A stretch of 35,548 bases of DNA, taken from positions 1 through 35,548 of the forward strand of contig NW_021828076.1 of the NCBI RefSeq assembly GCF_006345805.1. Reading direction: 5' to 3'. This document shows, in pieces, positions 1 through 10,474 of this stretch (its first letter is position 1; every line of letters starts with the position of its first letter). Source of the DNA: Octopus sinensis. Taxonomy: Eukaryota. The notes under the pieces are model-generated. The model had not been told where the DNA came from. It did not search any database and was given only the letters and a program-made list of their open reading frames with translations. Made by a program: the position numbers and the translations under genes.

Positions 1-614
1 GTACGTATGTAGTACATACATACATACATAATACATACATACTACATACATACATATATACATACAACATACATACATACATACATACATACATACATAC
101 ATACATACATACATACATACACACACTCATACCTCGGTATTACAGACCACCCTTTAACGAATTCCTGAAGCAGCGGACAAAAGCAAAGCGTATCAACAAC
201 GCCGCTTCACCATCCATGGGAAGTCTGATTTTAAATTAAAAATGTTGAATTTACTGTATTATAGTCTATATTTACAGTGTACAGGTATTTTACATTGTCA
301 GATTGGATAGCGTACTTGATTAAAAGTATAGTACTGTATTTATTCCTGTCTTTCGTAATGTGATTGTTGATATTAGCCACTCCTAACGTAACCTAACCGT
401 AGTGTCGGTACCTACGGACAATCGGCTTCATTGGACCGATGTTTCCCCCTTTTAATCCGTAGTACCGAGATGTGTGTGTGTGTGTGTATGTGTGTATCCA
501 TATCTATATGCATATACATAGTATATATGTATAAATACATTGGTGGATATTATACGAAGAAGGAAGCGAGTACTCAGTGTATTATGAAATATATTATATG
601 TACAAAGCAACCAG

Positions 615-810
615 CTGTCAGAATTGTTAGCACGCCGGGCAAAATGCTTAGCGGCGTTTCATCCATCTTTATGTTGTGAGTGCAAATTCGGTCGAAGTCG
701 ACTTTACCTTTAATCCTTTTGACGTCAATAAAATAAGTTAAGCACCGGTGTTAATTTAATCAATTTGCTCCCTCTTAAAATTGCTAGTCTTGTGCCAAAA
801 TTTGAAACTA
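615..810 (+). mobile_element. tRNA-derived SINE family A, short-tail variant, degenerate
   Basis: gttagcacgccgggcaaaatgcttagcgg head and gtcgactttacctt core, as in the other A copies; similar copy at ~29080-29270. Confidence 0.65.
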
Positions 811-922
811 ATATTGTATATATATATATATATATCGTTGTTATTATGCAAAAGTGTCGTAAGTCCAAAACATTGCCTTCCCAGAAAACGAAAAAATAGT
901 TTCACTATTCCATAACAATACC

Positions 923-1153
923 TATTTTTTTTACTACCCACAAGGGGATAAACACAGAGAGGACAAGCAAGGACAGACAAACGGATTAAGTCGATTATAT
1001 CGACTCCAGTGCGTAACTGGTACTTATTTAATCGACCTCGAAAGGATGAAAGGCAAAGTTGAACTCGGCGGAATTTGAACTCAGAACGTAGCGGCAGACG
1101 AAATACCGCTAAGCATTTCGCCCGGCGTGCTAACGTTTCTGCCAGCTCACCGT
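923..1153 (-). mobile_element. SINE family A, full length
   Basis: Reverse complement of the 27243-27474 unit; contains a B-box-like gagttcaaattcc. Confidence 0.85.
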
Positions 1154-1336
1154 TGTAATACACTTCGGCAATTTTTGATATCTTGGCATCTGAAGCAGCT
1201 GGAGTCATGATAGTCTGACCAAAAGAACCGGCTATTGTAAGCAAAAATAAATATTGAAAACAATGCATTTGGCGAAATTTGGACATACGACAGTTTCACA
1301 TAATAGCAACGATATATATGTGTGTGTAAGTATATG

Positions 1337-1346
1337 CTTACATGTA

Positions 1347-1400
<54 letters not shown>

Positions 1401-1453
1401 CCCCAGCATGGCCACAGCTCATTAGCTGAAACTGGAAAACAAAATCAAAATCA

Positions 1454-1541
<88 letters not shown>

Positions 1542-1546
1542 ATACA

Positions 1547-1584
<38 letters not shown>

Positions 1585-1589
1585 ATATA

Positions 1590-1621
<32 letters not shown>

Positions 1622-1660
1622 GCATATATATATATATATGCATATATATGCATATATATG
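1337..1660. repeat. (TA)n microsatellite tracts, representative of many others (e.g. 1-125 ACAT, 4420-4700, 4830-4926 TG, 15810-15925 GA, 23738-23818 TAG, 34322-34460 GATA)
   Basis: Seen directly. Confidence 0.95.
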
Positions 1661-2313
1661 TGTGTCGTGATGTGTCTATCTGTGCGTGTGTGTGTGTATG
1701 CGTGTGTGTTGAACGATGTGCAGAATATTTATAATGTATATATCAACGTGGAGCGGCCCTAGTTATAATTTCAAGTGCCTATATTTTCGTACATACATAC
1801 AAACAAACAAAATTAATACTCTGTGATATAAGGTAACGATATGATACCTGAGGTTTTGCCTTTCTGAAAGCAGACTATCCTTCAAGGGATGAATTAAAAG
1901 AAAGAAACTTGCGCTGTGGACTTAATGCCTTTTTCCATCGCCCTATGCAGCCGTATATACGAAATCCCCATGTGAAGTAAATTTACGCAACGAAATCGAA
2001 GTAAAATTGCCGCGTTATTCGAAAACGGATATTCATTATTATTGATTGGATAGTAAAGTCGATGAAGTAATCAAAAATATTAAGTAATCTAGTTCAAGCG
2101 TTAGAATAACTAAAGTGTAAATAAATCCTTGACCGTATTCAATGAGCGGGTTTTTACACAAATATAACAGTACAGTTCTTAATACCTGTTCTGAAAGTAA
2201 TATACCCGTGTAATTACATATCCGCATAAATTTTAATATTTGAATTCTTTCTGCTAGTAATAAATTCCTGTCGTCTCTGTTGTGTGTAATGTTTGTTGTT
2301 ACGGCGCATTCAA

Positions 2314-2321
2314 TGACGTCA
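2314..2321. promoter_or_regulatory. Full palindromic CRE (TGACGTCA)
   Basis: Exact CREB/ATF consensus about 100 bp upstream of the TATA box, in unique sequence. Confidence 0.7.
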
Positions 2322-2372
2322 ATTTGCGTTGGAGGTGCGGCTTCTTAATAAAAACGGAGGGGTGGAGCTTAG

Positions 2373-2382
2373 CCATATACGG
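2373..2382. promoter_or_regulatory. CArG-like box (CCATATACGG)
   Basis: CC(A/T)6GG with one mismatch, embedded in AGCC..GGCT inverted flanks, between the CRE and the TATA box. Confidence 0.4.
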
Positions 2383-2420
2383 CTGAAGTGGGAAATTAAA
2401 CTGAAATGAGATCAGACAGC

Positions 2421-2456
2421 TATATAAGCTATCACGGCGTTACGAAACTTTATTCT
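2421..2456 (+). promoter_or_regulatory. TATA box (TATATAAG, 2421-2428) and Inr-like TTATTCT (A at 2452)
   Basis: TATA-to-Inr spacing of 31 nt; ATG-free 5' leader up to 2700. Confidence 0.6.
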
Positions 2457-2699
2457 GAAACTTTGACACTCACCAACGAAGTACACAGTGAAATAGTGAA
2501 ATATCTGAAGTGAGAAACACTCGACTTATAAATTCAAATCGAGGAACTTTTTAAAACTAAACTAAACGAAAGAAGGTACAGTGAAATATTTATTTGAACT
2601 TTCATCTAATTTCATACAGACTTCGCTCAGCAATATTGCATAATATCGTCGCTGCCCTGTGAATTTTCTTACCAAACAAATTATTTCTATTTCATCAAC

Positions 2700-3326
2700 A
2701 TGCTTGATAACGAAGTATATTTGAAATACGGACCCTACCGTCGCATTCGCAGAAATGCTTTGGCCAATATAATGGAAGGGTTAAATCAAGAAGCCGTTAA
2801 CTGGCTGTCGAAAAATATTGCACATCAGTCCAATTCGGTTGACCATCGATGTGAGAAATATACTGATGATGAAAGTAACGTTAGTGGTGATGAAGGCGAC
2901 GATGAAAATGAGAATGATGATGACGACGACGATGACGATGCCGGAGGCGTTGAAACCGTCGAAGAAAAAAAAGATGGGAAATATCTGGCTATAGATGAAG
3001 AGAAATCCGTGTTAAATCAGGAAAATAATGAAGGCATTACCTGCCAGAACGATTCTGAATTAAACAAGGCGGATTGTTTCAGACGTCTGAGTTCACCAAT
3101 GGAATGTCGATTCCAGTCGTCATTTGCGGCGATCCGGCGGAATGCTTTACACAATTTATTGGAAACATTAACACCAGCCGAAATCTCAACACTTGGCAAG
3201 TTGTATCAGTTGCAACATTCTGTGAAGGACTTAACTTTAGAACAAGAGCGATTCGATCACTTGGTGACACCTGTTCAATACCCATACATTGAGACATATT
3301 TCGACAAATATTTAACCCAAGTATGA
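2700..3326 (+). CDS. Intronless 208-aa acidic protein with two IRRNAL-x-N-[IL]-[ML]-E-x-L repeats; putative PKA pseudosubstrate (PKI-like) inhibitor
   Basis: Longest non-repeat ORF. A at -3 (caacATG), and no ATG between the predicted TSS (~2452) and 2700. D/E-rich linker. The repeats at aa 16-39 and 145-168 use different codons. RRNA-hydrophobic matches PKI RRNAI/RRNAL. The ORF is well supported; the function is inferred. Confidence 0.8.
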   Translation: MLDNEVYLKYGPYRRIRRNALANIMEGLNQEAVNWLSKNIAHQSNSVDHRCEKYTDDESNVSGDEGDDENENDDDDDDDDAGGVETVEEKKDGKYLAIDEEKSVLNQENNEGITCQNDSELNKADCFRRLSSPMECRFQSSFAAIRRNALHNLLETLTPAEISTLGKLYQLQHSVKDLTLEQERFDHLVTPVQYPYIETYFDKYLTQV

Positions 3327-4208
3327 TTGAAGATATTGTAACAAACGGAAGAGAAAATAAAATCATTTTAAATGTTTTAAAATGCCGAGAAAAAAAAACT
3401 GAAGCATGCGTTTCTATGAAAATTCCTTATCGGTCAAAATTTCTGAAATGAGCAGAAAGAAGAAAGAAATTATACCAAGTAGGGCGAAATGAGATAGAAC
3501 AGGATTTTGTCCATAGAAACAAAGCAACGAACAAACCTTTTTCACTAAAATCTCTGCTCATAAAAAGCAGACGACCGATTGAATGGGCTTACAGAAAATA
3601 TGTATGGTGAGCAGAGATTGTGCATATGTTATGCATTTTGTGTTTTCTCTATTAGCATGCAGTTTCGTTTTGATTAATTTATATATTTTCTGCGTGCGAA
3701 ATATTTGATGACTAACAATTTGTTAACGAGAAATAATGGATAAGAAGCATAAAATGTTTCGAAGTAAACTCTATATTGTTCAAAAGGAAAAAAGAAAAAA
3801 AAACGAACAAAGAAAAGAAAATGGAAGAAAAAAAAATCGACTAACCCGTATTGAATGAGAGACGAAAGAATTTCTTTTTGAATTTTTTTTTAACTGGAAT
3901 GCTTACATAATTCGTTTGCTTATTTATTTACCAAAAGACTCCGAAATATCGAGTAAGAAGATTACCTGTTAAAAACTGAACATTAGAGACAAGTGTGTTC
4001 CTCTGATACACACGCTTGCACACAAAACATTTGTATACCAGACATGTGTATTGGAACTTACTTTTAAAAAGATACCAAAGCATAAACATTTTCTCCCGTT
4101 TGTGTATCATATCTGATATGTCATACAATGATATATATATATGTTATGTGCCACATAAAACAAAGTTTATTGTAACACACACTCACGCAAACACATCAAC
4201 TAAACATG

Positions 4209-4214
4209 AATAAA
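4209..4214 (+). terminator. Candidate polyadenylation signal (AATAAA) for the 208-aa gene
   Basis: AATAAA about 880 nt after the stop codon, near the end of unique AU-rich sequence and before microsatellites. Confidence 0.35.
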
Positions 4215-4643
4215 CAAGTCGCTCTCAGCCGAAGACAACTACTTACTTCAACAGGTAGTTATAATCAACATCATTCCCTCTCTCACTCTCACTCTCTCTC
4301 TCTCCACTTATATTTTATTTATTTATTTATGTTATAAACATTATATAGCATTCGATGTAAATTTTGTCATCCCTTTATTATCATTTAAAACAAACACGTA
4401 CATGAACAATATATATACATATACACATATGTATGTGTATGTATATATTATATATATTACATATAAATATATATATATATAATATATACATATATATTAT
4501 ATTATATTATATTATATTATACATACATACATATATTCATACATTCATACATACATACATACATACATACATTGTAATATTTAGGGATGATAATTCGTTT
4601 TAGTCGAAAATCTAACGTCATCTTCAGCCAGTATATTACATAC

Positions 4644-4697
<54 letters not shown>

Positions 4698-4830
4698 CAT
4701 ACATACACAGCATATTCATTTTTTTTAAAGCTAGTTACTGACTCAGTGATTCGCCCGATGTTGTTCGAGCATTCGTATCGAGCGAGTGAACTGCTAAACA
4801 GCAACGGAGGGAATCACTATTTTCATACAA

Positions 4831-4869
<39 letters not shown>

Positions 4870-5046
4870 GTGTGTGTGTTTGTATGTGTGTGTGTTTGTA
4901 TGTGTGTGGGTGTGTGTGTGTGTGTGTACAACAAATAGTTTAGAAACACTTCATTAAAACTTATTTATATTTTTGGCTCACTTTTTTTTTTCATAACACA
5001 AACTCCCATTTTTAACTGTGTAGTTTCATGTATCATCTGTATCAGC

Positions 5047-5106
<60 letters not shown>

Positions 5107-6121
5107 ATATATACACGTATTTATATGTATAGATGTATGTACTGTATGTATTGTAAACTCAAATTAGACCCACAAAGTGTACTGGTGCCATCTCCAGAAC
5201 TGTGCTGATATCACACACACGGAAATCCTATACCATGGTGATAATAATATATATTTCTTAAAAGAAAACTGTCATGTACCCACTAATCATCACCTCATCA
5301 TCAGGAAGTTTTACACTTAATAACATTTTTACAATGAGGCTGTGCTTAATGTCTTAAAATAATGTTTTGGTTAAATCTGTTTTGTACAACAAACGACGAA
5401 ATAAAACACATGGTCGATACAAACTAAATTTATCGGTTTTTGTCATTTTTGTTGAACGAAATTTGCAATAGCTGTCCCTCGGAGTCCTCCACAACTCACA
5501 GGAAACGAAAAGAATAGGTTTTACTCCCTTCGGTATTGTTGTGGTCTCACACAACAGAAATTACGACACTGGAATTTTTTTCACCTAAAAATCTCAATTT
5601 TTTTTTAATATACTTGTTTTCCCCTTCACCACCACTATTTCTGTTTCCGTACACTTTTCGTTACCCATCTGTATGAGGTTTCGAGAGACAGCTATTCCAA
5701 AGATCCAGCTTTCGTTTTTGAATTTTTCTTTACAAAACATCGTAAAAATAAAACATGTACCGACTATAGGAATAAGGAAAATCAAAAGGTTTTGAAAACA
5801 ATATATTCGATCTTCAGTAACTGACAACACACTTCAATAAAGAATTATTGCTGTTATGTGATTTACCAACCAGTTTATATGAGAAAATATCCCATTGTTC
5901 ACGGAAACCCGTTACGAAGAAATTTTTCACACGTGAAAAAAGAATTTGGGGAGGTGAATAATTAAAATTCTTTAAAATGTAGTTTATTTTCTTTTATTTT
6001 CCTGGTCAGGTATAAAAGCCACAGATGTATTTCGAAAATCGGGGGTTTACTTAGGTTATGTCTAAAGGGAGATGTTATGCGAATGACCTTACTGACCTAC
6101 CAAGCAATACCATTTTTTTCT

Positions 6122-6327
6122 CTTTTATTCTTTTACTTGTTTCTTTTATTCTTTTACCGGAGACCCGCCTTGAAGAGTATTAGCCGAAGAAATCGACCCC
6201 AGGACTTGTTCTTTGTAAATCTAGTACTTATTCTATCGGTCTCTTTTGTCAAACTGCTATGTTACGGGGACGTAAACACACCAACCTCGATTATCAAGCG
6301 ATGGTGTGAGGATAAACATAAACACAG

Positions 6328-6363
<36 letters not shown>

Positions 6364-6572
6364 TTATATGAATATATATAGAGATATATATACATATATA
6401 TATACATATACTCGATGGGTTTCTTTTAGTTTCTGTCTACCAAATCCATTCACAAGGCTTTAGTCGGCCCAAGGCTGTAGTAAAAGACACTTGCCCAATG
6501 TGCCACGCAGTGGGACTGAACCCGAAAACATATGGTTGGGAAGCAAGCTTCTAACCACACAGCCACACCTGC
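6122..6572 (-). mobile_element. SINE family B (tRNA head, internal CA/TA microsatellite)
   Basis: Matches 8351-8724 in reverse. Confidence 0.85.
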
Positions 6573-7048
6573 AACACCAAACTTTTTTCCCCGTGGCTCT
6601 GCGCAGAAATTAGCTTACGTGAAAATTTGGTCTTTCTTTGCAAAGTATTTATGCAAGTATTTATGTGAGCAACCATTTTTAATTTAAAAGAAAAAATTCA
6701 ATTTCACCTTGAAAACCCTGTGCGCGCACATTTTTTTGAGCACATGTTGTAAAACACGTCCTGGGTATGTAAGATTGAGGTAGTGCTTAGCGTGGGAACT
6801 CGTGGGACGATAAATAGGAGTGTCGAGAAACGGAAAGACGAGTGAGTCGGGAGTGCTCAAGCAGAGGTGGCACGAACCCAAGAGCCCCGGTGAGCAGATA
6901 TTACTTTAGTAGCAGTCAAAAGTGTGACTAAAGGCAACAAAATATCTGTGGGAAAGAGACTATGGACGACTTCATCAAGTCACCCGAGGGTCTTCCATGT
7001 GTGAAAAAAACAACGATATTCTGTCACCCATGGATTGCATATATATAT

Positions 7049-7086
<38 letters not shown>

Positions 7087-7229
7087 TTGTAATGGCTAAG
7101 TCAGAATAATGTTTTCGCCACTTGACCCTTCTAACCTCTTCTGTTTCACCAATAGCTAGAATAGAGACTTCCAACGAAATTTATTGTTCTCAACAATATG
7201 TCTATCCTTCTGGCTAGTTTTGGATAGTT

Positions 7230-7810
7230 ATAAAAACAAGAACTTCGTAAGCCAAAGTCCCTTTAACAAGGAAAAGCAGGCGTCATTTTTCTGTGTAGTA
7301 GCCGAATTGAAAGAGACAGTATGGATGACGCGTGGAAGAAGAATTGAGACAGGCAACTTTACCTCCGGGCACAGGTTGATTAGTTTGTTTTTTTTAACTA
7401 CCACCTGTCCAGAATGATTAGTCTGGAGAAAAGGTGCCTACCTCAAAGGACATTTGAGAAAAGACGGACAACTGTCCTAAGGAAGTTGAGAGTGAATGGA
7501 GCTGCGCTAGTGTAGCCGGTCTGAGCAGAAAAGAAAGAAAAGAAAAAAACGGAAGAAAAAACAACAAAAAGTTATAAAGTGTAAAAAAAGGAAAAAAAGA
7601 CGGCGGATCGAACACGAACCCGAAAAATATTTCATCGTTTAATTTTTAAATTCATTTCAATTTCATTGTATTGTGTAAATTCAACGATTTCATTATATCC
7701 GATTTTTAGACGAACTAAGTAATGTATAACCCCAGCCCCTAAATGTTTTTTGTTTTGTCCTTGTGCTGTTCCCTCTGTGTCATGGCCTGTGTGCCAAATA
7801 AAAGAAATTA
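7230..7810 (+). mobile_element. Tx1/L1-clade-like LINE 3' remnant (ORF2 C-terminus and 3'UTR)
   Basis: NKEKQASFFCVVAELKETVWMTRGRRIETGNFTSGHRLISLF aligns with the peptide at 18007-18222(-). The AK/LK-x2-W-x2-R pattern resembles Tx1 ORF2 C-termini. Ends aataaaagaaatt. Confidence 0.6.
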
Positions 7811-8025
7811 GTTAGTGAGAGCGACCATCAGTGAGTGTGAACGGACAACTAGTCGACCACAAACAAGCAGGCAACCAAACGGCCAGAGGGAGAAAGAAAG
7901 TTACAATCAGCGACTATGCGAGACAACTTCCCTCGATCTCTCACTTTTACTAGCTCACTTTCTTTTCCCTGTAACATTACCTTATCTCTATCTATATACT
8001 ACTATGAGAACGTGTACACACATAC

Positions 8026-8258
8026 CTATTTCTTTACTACCCACAAGGAGCTAAACATAGAGTGGACAAACAAGGACAGGCAAACGGATTAAGTCGATTA
8101 TATCGACCCCAGTGCGTTACTGGTACTTATTTAATCGACCCCGAAAGGATGAAAGGCAAAGTCGACCTCGGCGGAATTTGAACTCATAACGTAACGGCAG
8201 ACGAAATACCGCTAAGCATTTCGCCCGGCGTGCTAACGTTTCTGCCAGTTCGCCGCCT
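8026..8258 (-). mobile_element. SINE family A, full length
   Basis: Near-identical to 923-1153. Confidence 0.85.
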
Positions 8259-8350
8259 TATATACCGGCCGAAATTAACTCTTTTTTACCTCGCATGCTT
8301 TTCCATTTACTAATTATACATACCAACCCACCGTGGTTTTGGATATATAT

Positions 8351-8724
8351 AGGCGCAGGAGTGGCTGTGTGGTAAGTAGCTTGCTAACCAACCACATGGT
8401 TCCGGGTTCAGTCCCACTGCGTGGCATCTTGGGCAAGTGCCTTCTGCTATAGCCCCGGGCCGACCAATGCCTTGTGAGTGGATTTGGTAGACGGAAACTG
8501 AAAGAAGCCTGTCGTATATATGTATATATATATAATATGTGTGTGTGTATGTGTTTGTCCCCCTAGCATTGCTTGACAACCGATGCTGGTGTGTTTACGT
8601 CCCCGTCACTTAGCGGTTCGGCAAAAGAGACCGATAGAATAAGTCCTGGGGTCGATTTGCTCGACTAAAAGGCGGTGCTCCAGCATGGCCGCAGTCAAAT
8701 GACTGAAACAAGTAAAAGAGTAAA
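8351..8724 (+). mobile_element. SINE family B
   Basis: aggcgcaggagtggctgtgtggtaag A-box-like head, gggttcagtccc B-box-like motif, internal microsatellite, gactgaaacaagtaaaaga tail. Confidence 0.85.
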
Positions 8725-8805
8725 GTAACGGTAAATAAAAATCTCTTTACAACTTCATTCGCTGTTCTTCAACATGCATTTGCAACTAAAAACATTACAT
8801 TTACA

Positions 8806-9023
8806 TATTCTTTTACTTGTTTCAGTCATTTGACTGTGGCCATGCTGGAGCACTGCCTTTAGTCGAGCAAATCGACCCCAGGACTTATTCTTTGTAAGCC
8901 TAGTACTTATTCTATCGGTCACTTTGCCGAACCGCTAAGTTACGGAGAAGTAAGCACAACAGCATCGGTTGTCAAGCGATGTTGTGGAGACAAACACATA
9001 CACACAAATATACACACGCACAT

Positions 9024-9057
<34 letters not shown>

Positions 9058-9191
9058 GTATATATATACGACTCACAAGGCTCTGGTCGGCCCGAGGCTA
9101 TAATAAAAGACATTTGCCCAAGATGCCACGCAGTGGAACTGAACCTGGAACCATATGATTGGTAAACAAGCTATTTATCATACATCCACTC
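8806..9191 (-). mobile_element. SINE family B, inverted relative to 8351-8724
   Basis: Tail-to-tail reverse copy about 80 bp away. Confidence 0.85.
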
Positions 9192-9254
<63 letters not shown>

Positions 9255-9255
<1 letters not shown>

Positions 9256-9441
9256 GGGAGAATTCACGAAAAAACAAAAGACGAAGACAGGTGCTGTAGA
9301 AAACAATAGATGTATTAGTATAACACTCGGGAACTGAAAAAGTCTTTTACGTTTCGAGCCTACGCTCTTCATAGAAAGGAACACAGAAAGAAACTAGGAG
9401 AGTAAAAAGTGTGTAGTGGCTAACGATCTATCATGGTGACT
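9255..9441 (-). mobile_element. (TA)n-flanked element family E (Penelope-like derived?) with degenerate hammerhead-like motif at 9344-9378
   Basis: Homologous to 10217-10381(+) and 14127-14304(-). Confidence 0.6.
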
Positions 9442-9450
9442 GATATATAT

Positions 9451-9501
<51 letters not shown>

Positions 9502-10216
9502 GATAAAATTTTTTTCGAAAAAAATATTCTTTTCCCCCAAAAATTTATCAATGGCCAGCATATCAAAAATACCTTTAAAGGTTAAATCTATAAACAATTC
9601 ATAATTAAGGGCAAACGAAAAAATTTCTAATGCCAGATATGCCGAAAAATTGGACATATTGTCCATTTAACCATATAATTTTTTCACAATATGCACGCTA
9701 CTCGAAAAAAGGTCGACAGAAATTTCTAAAACATTCCATTATTACCATATCGGACCGATTTCAGGGTTAGCTTGTAACAGCCCTCCCTTCGTCAGTGATA
9801 CATGTGGCAAAATAAATAAATGAGATACTTACTCATACGAAATTTTTTCGTTTGCTCTTAATTATGAATTGTGAGTAAAAAAATTATTAAATGATTTATT
9901 ACCAGTGGTCTCCATGTATAATAAAAGTCATAAGACGCAAAATATTTGTTTTTAGAGTGTATAAATACACGAAGAGAAAACCATCTTACACGCTGGAAAG
10001 GGCTGTCACAACCTAAACCACGAAGAAAATTCTGAAAACACATTGCTTGTGTGTACTAGAATGAATAAAAATTCAGTAAACCTTATACTCATGAGTATCA
10101 TTATTAAGAATTTATTTCGTGGTTTGGGTTGTGACTGCTCTTTCCAACATTTAAGAAGCCCTATCGATGGTCGTTTCTTAGTGTATTTATACGCTCTCAT
10201 AAACATGTATATATAC

Positions 10217-10381
10217 GCTAGCCTCTACACATTCTTTATTTTCTCTCCTTGTTTCTTTCTGTGTTGCTTTCTGTGGAAGAGCGTAGGCTCGAAACGTTAA
10301 AGACTTTTTCATTTCCCGAGCATTATACTAATACAGCTGTTTGTTGTCTACACCACCTGTCTTTGTCTGGGAATTCCCCCT
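10217..10381 (+). mobile_element. Family E element with hammerhead-like motif at 10267-10302
   Basis: cttt-CTGTGGA-a-gagc(gtag)gctc-GAAAC-GTT-aaag. Confidence 0.6.
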
Positions 10382-10416
10382 ATATATACACACAACACAC
10401 ACACACACACACACAC

Positions 10417-10474
<58 letters not shown>

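Noticed and set aside
380-410. cctaacgtaacctaacc telomere- or Helentron-like motif
   Set aside because: Too short; no termini or hairpin identified.
720-727. Perfect CRE TGACGTCA
   Set aside because: Lies inside a degenerate SINE at the position of ggggtcga; most likely a chance mutation.
756-1286. 176-aa ORF and similar ones (28579-28794, 8310-8579, 33899-34290)
   Set aside because: Read-through of SINE A or B sequence; such peptides recur wherever the SINE occurs.
1147-1762. ORFs rich in YI, HT, CV, MYVC or poly-I/Y/L (here and at 13417-13883, 16808-17257, 26036-26669, 33115-34707 etc.)
   Set aside because: Translations of TA, CA, TATG, GATA and ATT microsatellites; not genes.
2576-2619. 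GT..AG mini-intron in the 5' leader of the 208-aa gene
   Set aside because: Only about 44 nt, probably too short; the acceptor-like sequence cannot be validated without RNA data.
6011-6018. TATAAAAG box
   Set aside because: No credible ORF or unique exon downstream; it runs into a SINE within about 110 bp.
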